NCBI GenBank assembly: GCA_000708835.1
Contig: DF237469.1
Coordinates: forward strand, 1 to 64,000
Origin: Klebsormidium nitens
Lineage: Eukaryota > Plantae > Klebsormidiophyceae
Length of the DNA: 64,000 nt
Direction: 5' to 3'
The notes beneath the pieces are model-generated. The model saw only the letters and a list, made by a program, of their open reading frames with translations. It was not told the DNA's origin and did no database searches. Positions 36,901 through 50,684 of this stretch are shown here, one piece after another; the stretch's first letter is position 1, and each line of letters begins with the position of its first letter. A program made the position numbers and the translations under genes.

Positions 36901-39900
36901 AATACCGGGTAATGATCGAGTACGCCCAGCTGACGGTGAAGAAGCCTGATACTCCGGATGCGGTACTAGAAGTTACTGACACGAAAACAAGTGAGCCTTA
37001 CATTGAGAGCAGACACTCTCTTCCCAGGCTGGTCCACAAGGAAGGCCACAAGCCTTGATGCTTCTCTTTGTTGGGAATGGGTGCAGGAACCTTTGCACAC
37101 AGCAATCGTTCTGCGCCTCTCCCGAGCTTCTCACATCAGCCACGCTAACCGTGGCGAACTTGGTCTCCTTCTGTGCAACGTTGCTGCCTTCCGTCTCGCA
37201 TGCACTGACTTAATCAGATGTTACGTCATTGAGGTTTGGAATCTATTGTTGACAACCGTAGCCGCTGTGCTGTCCAGAAACCAAGTTCAAGCTGCTGGAG
37301 GGGCCCGACGACAGGGGTCAGGTTGTGCGCCTGTACAACGCTTGCAAAGGGCTCGTGCCGGTGGGTACCCCTTCTGTGTACGCTGGGCTCTATTAGAGTA
37401 CGAACAACTGCTAGGAACCCTGAGCGTACCACATGCTTTTCTTGACAACTGTAACTTTCGGAAACGTCCTGACCACATTGATATTTTTGATTCACTGCTT
37501 TTTCGTGTCGATATCTTGTCGTGTTGGTACTCTTGTCCTCTACACAGTATGAACGGAGAGTTCGTCGGAACAGGATCGGAACAGGATGCTGCAACTGGTC
37601 TGCGGGTCGAAGCCCTGCTGTTTTACTGAACCCACCTTTACAAACGATGGTTTTTCTAGGAGAATGAATCTAGCAATTTCTGGTCGGACAGCAGAATCCA
37701 TCCATAGTTGCTTGGCATCTCTCGCTTCTTTTCAAGACCTTGGTTGTTGTCTAAATTGACGTGAGTCATTGTGTACGGTCAACGTTTCTAACGAGAGCTG
37801 TCGCTAAAAGGCTTGCACTGTGACATTGTCACGAAACGTTTCCCTCTCGGTCCTTCAAGAGGAGGATCACAATGTTGCAGCGGCAATCTGCAATGCGTTT
37901 GGTGCAAGAACATCGGACTTCGACACTGCACTCAATCTTCGGCCAAGTCGTCAGAGGTCATAGAAAACGCCACATGGCCGTGCGTCAATTCCCACGCCTC
38001 ACTTTCGCCCTTCAGGTCGGCGCCCCGGGCACTCCACCGGCTCCTATGAGCGCACCGTTCCCGCCTATCCCTGCCAACTACCTTCCTCAAGGGGCGTCAG
38101 GATCTGCGGCCCCGCCTGCTAGTCGGCCAACGAGTTCTGGGACTCCGCCATCTCAGCGTCCTGACGGGAAGGTCGCAGCCTCGGAGGACGAAGCGCTCGC
38201 AATGGCGATAGCCGCATCCCTTGAGACGGCCAAGCAGGAGCCGGGGGCTGCCGCATCGCATGACAAGTGAGATCGTCTGGGTCTCTGGTTTGGTTGTTGG
38301 TGCTTTCGTGATTGGACCCCGGGAAGGTCCTGGAACCTTTTGGTCTTCGATCTATCGAGGGTACTATGGTTCTTTTTGAAGCTTTTCATGTATTCTCTTG
38401 GCAAAATGAAGATCTTGGTGTCTCATCGTCTCGATATTCGATTCTGGATGCATCAGTCCGGATCGCGAAAGTGCTGTTGTTTGGTCCTCGTGCTTACTGC
38501 ACTGGAGCCTCCAACATCCGCCCTGTGCCTACAGCGTCATGTGAATTCCAATCCACAGTCCTCTTCTCCCCTGCCTCCCAGCCCATGAATCAAAAGCGTT
38601 CGGCAGGTTTTAACCAAAGAGCGAAGGAGATCTTCCAAGACATGCGCCACTATCAGGCCAGATTTTCCTTCTATCCTGTAGCACCAGTTCCTTTTATTGA
38701 TGAGCACCTCTCTCTTGCCAGGTACAACGGCTGGGCGGACCAGGAGAGTTCCCAGTATGGCGGCTGGGGCGGTTCCGCAGCTTCCGCACGCCCGAGAACG
38801 CCCCCCGCTGCGAACCACCCCCCAACCGCCGCAGGCCCTGCTGCCGGCGCGGCTGCCGCTTACATGCCCGCCCCGTTGCCATCGCGCGCCCCGACAGGGC
38901 CCAAGGCGGTCACTGCGAACTTGCCTGGGGCAGCGGCGTCGGCACTGCCAGCTGTTCCGGGGCGCCAGCCGAAGCCCCCCGGGTCGGAGTACGGAGGCTG
39001 GGCCGTGGTGGAGGAGGGGCCCGGGGGCTGGGGAGAGGGACGAGGTGAGGGATCCCCTGTCCTCCGTTTGGCTCTTCTTACATGTTAGGCGTGGTTATGT
39101 CATTGCGGTTACGATTGTGAAGAATTGATGCGGCGGAGTTTGACAAATATGGCAGCGATGGCTTGCCTACTGTCGATATAGTTTGAGACAAACTGACGGG
39201 AGTAGATGTTGGCCTGGTTGATAACATGGACCCAATGCCTTACCAGTAATAGACGGACGGTTGCAAAGTGTAGGGCAGAAGAAACGGTGGTGTCGTTTGT
39301 ACGCAAATTACTTCGCGACCTGCCCACACACTCGCCCAGACATGAAGGTGTGATTGGGTTTAAGGTCCATGCCGGATCTCTCCGTGTCATCAGTTGAGAT
39401 GCGGATTCTTTGAGAGCGTAATCAGGAGCCGTTTCGTAGGAAGCATATGCACCCATCGGCTCTGTTGCGGCATAAGTGTTCCTGATTCTACTCGTTTTGC
39501 TTCCATGTTTTGATGTTTTAGACAGGAATCTGAAGATTCAGTTGGGCTGGCGTAACGCCTCACCCCAAGCTCATACAAGCTCTGCGTTTGTGTCCAGTTG
39601 CGTCCACCCCTTCAGCGCCCCCGGCAGCCTCAGCCTCGGCGCCCCCCCTCCCGTCATCGGAAGGCGGCGTCAGTTACGACTACCGCCCAGGAGGCTCCTC
39701 CGACGCCCACCAACGGGCGGCCCAGTACGACTACCGCCCCTCCGCAGGTGGGTCTTCCACCCCCGGGGCAGGTTACGCTGTGGTCGGGGACACAGCCTCG
39801 GGCACTTCTGAGGGAGCCGGTGCGAGCTATAATTATCAACCGGAGGCTCGTACTGGGCGCCCGCAAGGGGCCACGTACGATTACCACCCTGGGGCACACG

Positions 39901-40828
39901 CCGAGGGCGGGGCTGGCAGGATTGCGTACCCGAGCATCGACCAGTCGCCTGTGACGTATCCGACCATCTCGGCAGAGGATCTGAGGAAACCCAACTTGGG
40001 CGGAGCAGGTTAGTGGACAAGGCGTGTTGCTGAACGTAATGCTGGATTATGGCGCGGTTGGATTAGAACGTAAGTAGTAAATTAGCGGGTTTTCCCGGTC
40101 GGTTGTGGTGGCGCTTTGAGAGCAGCGCGAGGTATGCAAATGGCTTTTTGAATGTGTTAAGACGGATTTTTCGAAAGTCAGCAGCCGATTTGAGACACTC
40201 CTTAGTAACAATCAACTCCGCATCCGTCTTGACGGTGTTCAAAAGCTGCGGGATCTGTCTGCTTGAACATAATCTTGGGCTCCTTGTCAGAGGCTGGTCT
40301 AAGCATGCAAGTCAATTTTGAGTTCTCAGGTTGCTGGGTTCACAAACCCCCGATTTGCTCTTCTAATCTTGTCCGCTTCTGACACTCGGTGGCAGTGTCT
40401 TAGAAGACTCCGAAGTTGCTCATAGTCCAGTAAAAAGTAGTAGAGCTGTATTGCAGATTATTGATATGGCCTCTTCTGGTTTCTTTTTAATGGCGGAAAT
40501 GTTACTGGAGAGCTGTGTTACCACCACTCTGCCTTTTGTACACGTATGGCGTGAAATATAAGATCGTTATGTGCTCAAGACATGGTGTTCATTAACCAAG
40601 TACCGTGTTGAACCTGAACTCTTGTCTGCAGGTGCATCGAGTTTGAAGAGAGCTGGTGAACCCCAATGCGCAGTCTGTATGGATCAGCCTGCGGAAGCAG
40701 TATGCATCCCTTGTGGACATGTTGCAGGCTGCATGGATTGCTTGACGGAGATTAAGAGGAAGGGGATGGGGTGTCCGATTTGCAGGACGCCCATCAAAGA
40801 TGTCGTGAAAATATTTCTGCCCAACTAG
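33911..40828 (+). CDS. XBAT35: XBAT34/35-like ankyrin-repeat RING E3 ubiquitin ligase, 13 exons, 643 aa
   Basis: Exons 33911-33940, 34117-34188, 34616-34730, 35099-35179, 35591-35679, 36034-36131, 36406-36484, 36888-36990, 37278-37360, 38016-38266, 38722-39044, 39598-40008, 40632-40828 (1932 nt). N-terminal MGQ, ankyrins GRTSLMYAC...AKTLLELGA and GGTPLHHAARQG...LLLSYNANPFVVND, UIM-like EDEALAMAIAASLE, C-terminal RING CAVCMDQPAEAVCIPCGHVAGCMDCL...CPICR. Confidence 0.92.
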
Positions 40829-41465
40829 CACGGGCCACTTAGCTTTCTTGGAAAGTCTACATCAATGGCAAAAGCGTGGATATGCAGTCTTTCCTCCACC
40901 TACTAAGGTACTTGGCCGGTTTGCACCTGTAGTGTAGGGACTGAAACAGACGTCGTTTACATTGATCCGGTGTTTGTCCCTTGTGATGTGATGTTGAAAG
41001 CTTAGGACAAGCTAAGAGAACCTGGAAAGCTGGTAGTTGCAAATTGATAAAATAGTTCATTTCTACTTGAGCTTAGGCACTTAGCCTCCCGTCGGGCCTG
41101 TAACTCATGGGTGATCCTGTATCGTTTGGTTTACATAAAACATTTTGTTTAGCTAGCCTGATCGAGTGCGATCATGGTTCAATCTAAAAAACTCTCTATC
41201 TGTAATTGCGATCATGCATTTGTCAAGATCTATACGACCATATATGGATAGTCGTTCCCGTTCAGACAAGGTCACTAGGCACTTCTCAACGCTTTCGATA
41301 GTAGCTGTGCTTTATTGAGATGATTGTCCATAGTAGGCTACCGTCACTTGCCCGGCTCCCCATGGCGGCTCCGGCCGGTGCGCGCGACTAGCTAGCCCGA
41401 GCCTACTACTCAGAGACTCAGCTTTGAACGTCGGCCCGGGTCACGTCCGAGGTTCAGGCGCGCGC

Positions 41466-41490
41466 GGCCGGGCCGCGGGCCGGCCCGGCC
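41466..41490. repeat. GC-rich hairpin (9-bp stem) in a palindrome-rich intergenic island
   Basis: GGCCGGGCC (41466-41474) is the reverse complement of GGCCCGGCC (41482-41490). Confidence 0.6.
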
Positions 41491-42464
41491 ATGAAACTTG
41501 GCCCTGCCGCCGCGGTTTCAAGGTTCGAAAGAGAGATTCTACTAGCTAGCGAGCTTTTGTCGGTGAGACAAACTTGCGAAGGCTACACGTGGCGCGATGG
41601 GACTGCTTGAACGGTGTTTGCGCGAGCACCAGGAGAAGTTGTCGGACTTTCGAGCTGAGCCTACCGGTACCTAAATTGGTACATCTGGCAGCTACAGGTG
41701 AGTACATGCCAGGCACGTAGGTACAGACGACCGGTACGCAAGCTACCTCGACGCCTCGTAGTACCCACCGTATTTCCTGACAGTCTGAACCGGCCAGTAC
41801 AGCAGCGGAATCCGACAGAGGTGGAGATTCCGATCTTACACGCGTGGGCGGACACCGGATCCTCGTGGTCGGAACTCGTTTTCGGGCCTGTTGAGAGTGA
41901 CCGGGAGGGCGGGACGGGATTCCTCGAATCGTACTCTCTTCACAGGACGTTAATTCCAACACGGCTTCCGTCACAATTCGGTCACTTCAACCGGGACACC
42001 CTCCAGGCCCCGGCTAGCTTTCCATTTCCAGCAGCATTTGACATTTTCACCGTCACCATCTAATCTGCCGCTATTTGCTGACTTAGCACGGCCATGGATG
42101 GCCTCCGACGTCGATCAATGGGTTCGAGCAACACAGGTTAAACTAGTCTCACATATGGTGTAAAACAATGTATCTCTCCTAAGGCTGGGTTTGAGATCGA
42201 CAGAACTCGGCTAGGCTAAGTACCTGACCGTGGGTTTACTTCTTGCCGAGCACGATACCAAATCGCGACCGTAACAACGTTACCGCCCGCTCTCTCCGGC
42301 GCCCGGCCGTTTCCCTGCAAGTCTCGACACCTAGTACGGTATCTGCGCCAGGACCGCATGCATTTATACGTACTGCAGGGTACGCGGTGCCTGTGAGGTG
42401 AGAACGGTACCTACGGTGAACTTTCGAACCGTGAGTACACTCTAACGGCAATGTACCGTCGCTA

Positions 42465-42784
42465 GGTACCCGTAGTCCAACGGAATGATCCGAATAAATA
42501 AATAATCATTTGCAATCTGGAAATCAGAAATTCGGATTGCGCGTTCGCAAAGTGGAGATTCGGAAAGGTTTATTTATTTCTGAAATGGTCCTTGGAAGCC
42601 AGGAAACGGCCAGAATCGGCCTCAAAACCCCCTGCCTAGTGGGAACATAGGGCATTCGGATTCTTGTGGGAATCAGCATGCTTATTTTTAATTATTCTCA
42701 GATAAATCCGCTTTTCTGGTCGGATTGTCGGGAAAATCTCCCAAATAAAATCGTTCGGAATCATCACGTTGGACTACGGGTACC
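42465..42784. mobile_element. MITE (320 bp) with perfect 18-bp TIRs and TA flanks, Tc1/mariner (Stowaway)-like
   Basis: GGTACCCGTAGTCCAACG (42465-42482) and CGTTGGACTACGGGTACC (42767-42784); TA on both sides (42463-64, 42785-86); AT-rich non-coding interior. Confidence 0.85.
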
Positions 42785-43080
42785 TAATTTTCAGTACACC
42801 TTTTCATTTTCCTAGGCGTCCGGGGGTGGCGGAAGGGGTCTCTCTGTGGTGATTTGCAGTGGCGACCCTTTTCCCGGCGCCACATTGGTCGCGTTGATGC
42901 AAAGACCTCAGGCTACCTAGTTGATAAGCAGAGGGCTGCAGGGCGTTGAAAGCGACTGGGACTAGGGGGAAATGCTGCATTAGCCTGCGGTTTCTCGGAG
43001 TTGATGCTGTCAGCTGCGCTGGAATCCTGAGCTGCTCGCAGCTTTGTCCAACTTGTTAAACGTCCACAAGGCGGAGAGCC

Positions 43081-46000
43081 ATGGGGGCCAAGTCGGGGCC
43101 CTGCACTCACTGCGGAATCACAGGTGAGACGAAATGTTTTTTGAGGTGGCGCCTGAGTTTGGAGCAGCCTGTTGTGGCTCCACTTCTCCTTTTGTCTGGC
43201 CACATTTGGAGCAGTTTTTGGGTTAGCCCTCAGGTACAAGATGCTTGGACATGTTGTGTTCGTGAGCATGTAATAGAATCATACTTCAGAGTTTGGAGCC
43301 GGAAGGAAGAGCTTATGGCAGCATGGATTAGAGCTCACGGCAGCTTAAAATGCTTCCGGGCGGTCCCACATCGGAAACCCCGACCATGGTAGCTCGCATC
43401 CATAATTTGCATCCTCTTAAGTTGACTCGGAGTGGTGGCAGCATGCGGAGTAGCACTGCGGGGGCTGGCAACAACAAACCCCACGTTTGGTAGGATCACA
43501 ATATGTGTACTGTGTTATTATCATTTTGCTATCCTTTGAATTGGCTTGCGGCACGTTTAATCTGTTCTACTCTCAGCTGACCAGCAAAAGTGAGGAAGCA
43601 CGGCTCCTGTTTTGCCTTCACAACGGCAGCTGCTTGCATTCTCTGACGGCAGGAGCTCGGACTTGCTTCATTCAAGGAATTTGACGGTCGCACAACCACC
43701 AAGTGCTACAGTGTTTATAGCAAACGATGTTTGATGAGGAGCCTGTTCTTCCCTCAAGGCCGAGCATGTGCATGAGCGCCCGACGCCATCCAGGAGTATG
43801 TTTAAAAAAAAACCGTTTCCTTTCTTCTCCATGTATGCATGTGGCTTTAATTTGTTGTTGACAAGGATCAGTTTGCTTGTGCATTCCGCAAGGCTCCTCA
43901 CACTGGGTTGTTGCAATCTCCAGTGCTGTCAAGAGGTAAATGAGCGATTGCTGCTGCTATGATGCTGAACAGTTTGGAAAGCATGATTCTGTTGACAACA
44001 GGGCCAACAGAATATGGTTGGTTGGTTAGCTGTGCTTGGCTCAGGATTGATTGGGAGTCTGCGATTGGGAGTGATATAATGGCAGCTGAGCATGAAAGCT
44101 GCCACTGCTCCTTGTCTCTCTGCAATATTTTGGGACAAGCTTGCAGGTTTTACCAAGAGGTCACATGCTATATTCAGTCTGCTCCTAGTCAAACCTTCAT
44201 TCCTGGTTGCCACGTCACTGCTGAAACAAAGCTTACCCCCAGTTGCACAAGTTGTCTCTAAGTTTTGCCTGTCGTTCTCGTCAATGGGATAAATCGCTGC
44301 TCGTGATTGGCCTCAAGAGTCACGAGGGCTCCCCCTCAGGACGTGCTTCCAGCAGCATTGAACCAAGCGAAGCTCCCTTCTTTCAACAGCTCCCTCTCTC
44401 ATCACCAACTGTTCTTCAAGTGTAGAAGTGGTAAAGTCTGCCGGCATTTGCTTTCAGGCCCTGCTCCATTAGACCCCCTGCAGGCGCGCTTTGCCCAGCC
44501 TCTCTCACTGACAGTTCAGTGGATATGATGAAGCTTTCCAGTCACGTCAAATCCTCCATGTAGTCCTTGTCATCAGCCATTAATTCATCTCTGACGCTCA
44601 CATTACCTCGATCAATTCAATTTGGATACTTCTCTATCTGTTGATGTATGGATAAGTCTCTTCACCCGCAGCTCCGCTATACACCCCTCCCCCTAACAGC
44701 AGCGAGTCTAGCTGCTGTCCCCCTGCGCGTGACCAAAACAACTGTCCCTCTTCCCTGATTATCCGCTTCTAAGTTTCTGCTCTTCCCCCCCCTGCAGCTA
44801 CTCCCTTATGGAGGAGGGGGCCCCCTGAGAAGCCGATCCTATGCAACGCCTGCGGATCTCGATGGCGGCATCGGGGCACTCTGGCTGGCTACATGCCAAT
44901 GCAAGTGACAGGCCTCTCGACGTGTCACGTTCCCACTGGGTTTGTAGCTTCAGACGAGCCAGTGATCCCCCGAGTCAAGTCAGCGGGGAGTCTCAAGCGA
45001 AAGGAGCGCTCGGAGAGGGTTGGCCAGGTTAGTGGCTGAAGCACCCTCAGCAGCTGTCTGCTAGTGATAGTTCTGCTAGCTTTGGGCTTATAGGCAGTGG
45101 TCTGAGTGCCCTTGTGCATTGGTTATATCTGATCCCTGATTGATCAGCATTTAGTGTCTGCCGGAGGCATGTGCAAGTTGGTTGATGTTGCTGCTAAAAA
45201 TGTGCTTCTTCTGCGAGCTGGGGCTTTGCAGTCCTCTGGTGGCCTTGGTTCAACATGCTAGTGAGTATATATCAACATCTCAAGTAGAATGTTGACTTGG
45301 CATCCTCCGTTTGCATCTTCTGGTCATCAGATGCTGCAGGTAGCCAGCTGCTGAAACCCTTTGTTTGGGGCACTCATATTTTAGCTTGACCTGTCTTCTT
45401 TTCCTGGTCCGTCTGCACTTTGGTTTTCCCCTCCTGGCAGATCTGTGAGTCCTTTTTGCTCTTTCTTCTAACTTGTTGCTCCCTCTGTGCTTCTACTATG
45501 TGCCTTCAACAGTTTGTGGTGTAGCTAAGAGTGATCCACATTGAAAAAGGAAAAAACCTACATATCCATTATGCACTCGGTTTACAGAGCAGGCCAAAAC
45601 GTTATATGCTTCAGCACGCGCGTTGGGACACTAGCCCTCTCCCAAGTCATGGTCCATGATTTAAAAAGGAAAACAGTAACAGATCTATTACCCTCCTTCT
45701 TTGTCTTTTGCACAGCACAGGCCTCAGCATTGCTCACCGAGACCTCAAACAGCGTCAAGTGTGTGCTAGCTTCTTGCATCTGCTCAAAAGGTCATACTGC
45801 TCACCACTGCTCCGTACCAAGTCTAGCAAGCACCATCTGATGCAGGGGCCACTCTGCTACCCTCAACTGCTCAAGTGACTGCAAAGAGCAGAGGAACCTT
45901 AACAACCAGCAAACAGCGACGTTCATATATGAGAGCATTTTGATGGTAATGAAGAGCTGATCTGACTTCTGTTTGCTGACTGCAGGACTCTGAGAGGGGC

Positions 46001-48855
46001 CTGAGCGACCGGTTGCGGGAGCGGAGGGAAAAGGACGGCTATGAAACGGACGGCTCAGAGGCATCACTGTCAGGGCAGGCGGCCAGGCGGAAGATGTCCC
46101 CCAGTGAGTTTTACGCGGTCATTCTGTAAAGTGTCAGGTGCCGCTGAAGCCCTCACAGAAGAAGGATGATGAAGTCATTCTTGCTGAGTTTCATCCTTTC
46201 TGACAGGTTGGCGACAGGGCTTTTTGTCACTGACCCAGACAGCGTTGTAGCAGGGCCAGTTGCTCTGAAGTTGGGTTTGACTTTACAGGAGGGAGGCATT
46301 TGGAGCATTTGAGGTTGTCTCCATTTAGTGTTGTTGTGCAAGGTTTAGCGCTGTTGTATCCAACTTTCACATTGTAGTTGATTGTTCGTCAATCATCTTT
46401 CTCCACATCTTGCTTCATATCTCAAGCACCCTCTGCATGATACACGAGCTCTCTTTCTTGAGTTCCCACCTCACGAGCGTTGGAATCTTTGTCTCCCTTC
46501 ACCGCTACTGGTTGATCCATGTTGTTGGTAGCTCTTAAGCCCTTCATGTCTGGAACTTCTGCCCTCCGAAAAGCAGCAAGGGCTACAATGACAGCAGGAA
46601 CTTGGTCAATGCTATAACTGCAAGAGTCTCTCCTCCTCTCTTCCAGGTTATCCCAACTTCATTCTCTCTTCTCAAGATTCCTTCTTACCAACTTCAAAAT
46701 GGGCTCTTGCTGATCCTCTTGCTCACACATGGGCTTTTCCCACAAAAAGCACCAAAAACCCTTCTGGTGTCCCTTCCTTGCCGTGCCCCACACCCCAACC
46801 TCCAATGTTTCTTCTTCTCTTCCATCTTATTGGCACCATATCGCTGAAGCGCTGTCTTCTTATGATATTATTCTAGCACCAATATAACACTACGTACAAC
46901 CTTTCTCTTGCAGGCTGTTCCCCCAACTCGGTCCTCCCTCCTCCCCCCCGCCGTGCGCGCCCCCCCTCCCCGGCGCCAACCACGCGTGGAGTCAAGCCAC
47001 CGCGCTGCTCTCCGACCTCCACGCCTTCGACCTCGACCTCTCCGACGTGCTGACGTCAGAGGAGCCCTTCGCGGGGCTGGACGATGACGTCACCCTGTTT
47101 GACGCCCGCCAGGGGGATCCCCCTGCGGCTGAGCAGCCGCTGAAGAGCCTTGACCCTGGCCAGTACATCTGCGGCCTGGTGGTGCGGACGCGCGTTGAGG
47201 CTTTAGCCGGCCCAGGGGCACGAACCAACTTGTAAGTCTTCCTTTTATTTGCCCTTCCTTTCTATTCTTAACTGAGATAGGGGGTTTGCTTGCCTGACAG
47301 GGATGGGAGTGCGGGAGGAATGAGGGGGTTTGACCCCCTTTCCCCTGCCCCAGGAGGTATTTGTGATCTGAAATTAAGATCAAGGATTTTCCAAAGACCT
47401 CTCTCTACCTGATTGTCCCTGACGAATGTTATGTAGAATTGGTAAGGGGGCAGCGATGGTTATGAAGCAGCAGATGATCGCTGCACCTTATCACCCTGAA
47501 AATCATTTTGTACAGAAGGTCTGCACAACAGGTGCATCTTAGGATGTATCTCACTTGGACCCTGCTTTGGTTTTGCTTGTGCAATTTTGCAACACCGCAC
47601 ATTTGAGCCCTTCTTGGGCTGCTCTAAGACTAATTCATACTCGTATCCAAGTAAATGGTGGCTGCCTGTCTTCACGAGTTTCTTTGGAGATCGTAAAAAA
47701 GGCCGGCTGAAGATCAGTTACCGTCGTGTTCGTAGGGTTCTCGGTAATCTGAAAAAGCCCTGTGAGCCAAAGCCGTGTTCCTTACAGTAGCTGAAGTGGA
47801 GGCTGAACCTTCCTTTGCAGGGCCCCCACCAACCACGTGGCAGAGCCGCATGCGTTGAGCAGTAAAGTGGATGCCCAGGTAGGTCCCTGGGTCGCTCTGC
47901 GTTGCCTCCATTGAAAAGTATATCGGTGGTTGTGCATACGTCCAGTCCAGTGCCCTCATGCCGGTGACAAGGCAGGTTCAAGGTCCCTTGAAACGGTCCT
48001 CAATGGTATTCTGTTCCTTGTGCCCGCCACCCAACTGGACACTAACACTGCTCCTAGAACCACTCTTTTTGTTTCTCAGTGTCGACGGCTGTAACGGCCA
48101 ATCAACCCTACAATTGTTCAGTTCAAAGTCAAGTAAAGGCCTATGCAGCAGCATGGTGTATTGCTGCTGTAGGAGAAGTCGTTCCATGTGATTGGTCGCC
48201 TCCGCTGACCTCGCGTCCTAAACCTCCCCCGCTACAGGCACAGAACAGCATGCCGCTGTTCCCGTCCAGCGCGCGTTTCACCCTGCCCTGTCGGCACGCC
48301 CCACCCGTGCCCTCGGCGCAGGTTGCGTGGCCGCCGGCCGCCCCAGGCCTTGCTCAGCTGAACATCGCCAAGTTGCAGGGCTCCGACTTCGGCAACGGGA
48401 GTCCCCACAGGGCCTCCTTCCCGGACAACCTCCTATTCAAGGGGGCGGCAGGGCCCGAGTCGCTGAACGATTTCATGGCCCGGACGGAGGGAGATAAGCG
48501 GTTTGGCGAGCTTGCGGGCGCGCACGGCATGCCGGGATCGCACGATAGTCTGGACTCGGGGGCTAGTTTAGTGTTGGATGAGACCCGGGAGCACCCCATG
48601 GTGGATCTGAACCCTCCCCCTGAGCAGCAACTGCCCCTCTCGGGGGGGGAGTATAAGGCGTTGCTTTCGCCCCCTGCCCCGGAGGTGCCCCTATGGGGGG
48701 CAGAGAAGGGGGGGGAGAAAGACTTGCGGGAGCTGCACCGCATGTTTTCGGCGCCGATTTGGGACAGTTTGGATATGGATCCCCATGGAGCGGAGAAGGA
48801 GTTTGGGCTTGGACGTTTCTCCGTCCCCCCCGCTGAGGCGGGCCGCCCGATTTGA
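43081..48855 (+). CDS. GATA zinc-finger transcription factor, plant subfamily IV (GATA26/27-like); internal exon chain partly unresolved
   Basis: Exons 43081-43123 and 44798-45027 give [46 protein letters not shown] (C-X2-C-X18-C-X2-C). Probable further exons 45986-46103, 46914-47231, 47821-47878 and 48238-48855. The phase between 46103 and 46914 does not close, so a small exon is missing from my model. Confidence 0.8.
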
Positions 48856-50684
48856 GGTATGAAAGAAATATGCGGTAGGGCAGATGATCAAGTATAAGCT
48901 CCAGGTCGAGCTAACCATTGTTTGGGGAATAAGGGACGAGCAGCGTGCTCTGCCAATGTCATGGGGGGAGGGGAAATAGACTAAGGTTAAGCAACATGTT
49001 GCCCGCGTTGTTGGCATGCTATAAGGGTGTAGCCACCGTACCGCCAACACGTGGTCAGCCTGACTGGAGTGGGGTAGGGGCCTGCAACAGCTTGTGAAAC
49101 TTGGCAGCGCGTAGTGTACTCCCAACGGTTATCTGCTATAAACAGTTGACGACACTTCGTACAATGTTGGACTTCGCTTCAGTGGACCGTCTTAGACGAG
49201 CCGAGCTTTGTGTTGTGTTGAAAGTAGGGTCCATCACCAGCCCCATGTAAGGAAGGACACTCTTCCAAACCCGGGAAAGGCGATAAGAAACGGCCCATCT
49301 GCTACCGACTCTCAGAAGACCTTGACTAGCCAGATTCTGCCCAGATCGTCTACAGAGCAACGACAATGATCAGTCTAGTGGCATCGTTGTACTATAATTG
49401 CCCTGTAGACAAGTTGCAATCTGGGATATAAGCTGGTTTGACGATCGGATCAGCTAGGCCGCATGCAGACTATACTATGCGTTATTTTGTATTCGTTTTT
49501 GAACATCCAGGACCCGTTGGCAACGCTGGCAATACATAGGCTGGCCCGCTTTGTGTAACTGAGACGGGTGTATACTTACTCAGGCGGCTTGAAACAACCA
49601 GCAAGCTTTTGGCCCCCATTGGACTCACTTGTTCCTCCAAAAATATTTCTGATACTGAGCTCTTGCACAGGAAATACACTGCCCATGGGCATGAATTTGG
49701 CCCTTCAATATATATTTCGATGGATCTGCATGCCGTTAGAGTCGCCCCTGGTATTGCCGAGTCTGCATCATGATCATCGGATGGGGCCAGCGCTACGCCG
49801 ACGCGGCCTGCCGTTACTTAATGCTGATTTCAAGAAGCGAATTTGCATGCCGGGCCCATGACATGGCGGCCGGATGGTGGCCAGAGCGAGATCCTAAGTC
49901 GATCTAGTTGCATGCTCCAATCATTGCCATGCGCGGCCATGTCCCAGGGTTTCCCACAGTGCCGGGAAAGGACCCCAGCTGGTGCCGGAGGCACCGTCCC
50001 CGCCGGCTGGCTAGCAGGCAAAATCGACAGGCACTCAGGTCGTTCCGCTGGCCGGTAGAGCAAAATGCTACTCCCCAGCTGGTACCACCGGGGGGCTGCC
50101 AATTCAGCTGGCTGGCCGGGACGCAAACCCATGGGAAACCCTGGCCATGTCTCGCTGCGGGCGTCAATTGAGCTAGCTGGATGACATTCAACATTCATGA
50201 TTGAGCGGCGAGCAATGACGCGCCGCGCTGATTAAGTCTGGCATCAACATGCAGCATGTGCAACTATACTATATGCCATATAGCTTGTGCACCTGCTTCG
50301 ATAGACTCGGCGGCGCTAGTGCGGAACGCTCCAACGGCTTAATTTCCAACGCAGCTATACAGTGACCGTCTGCGCTAGCAGACAAAACTTAAGATATGCC
50401 GCGCCCAGTCTATAGACTCGGAAGATGAAACATGTACGCCCGTCGATCTTTGGAGATTTGTCGGATCCCACACATGCTGCCACACCGCGTAACGAGACGG
50501 TTGGCACTGAGCTAGCGATATGCATGTCACACTAAGGCCATTGCCGTCGACACTAAGGACCGTTGCTAGATGTATCTGTTGCCCGCTAGCCTGGTGAGCG
50601 AGGAGCACGGCCGCGCTGGGGCAAACCATCTTTTCGACGTTCCATGTATGTTAGTATGCTGGCAGCCTTGCACGGGCCCGTGCA

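Noticed and set aside
41546-42063. Opposing 121-142 aa ORFs as a transposase fragment
   Set aside because: No DDE, HUH or RT motif was recognised.
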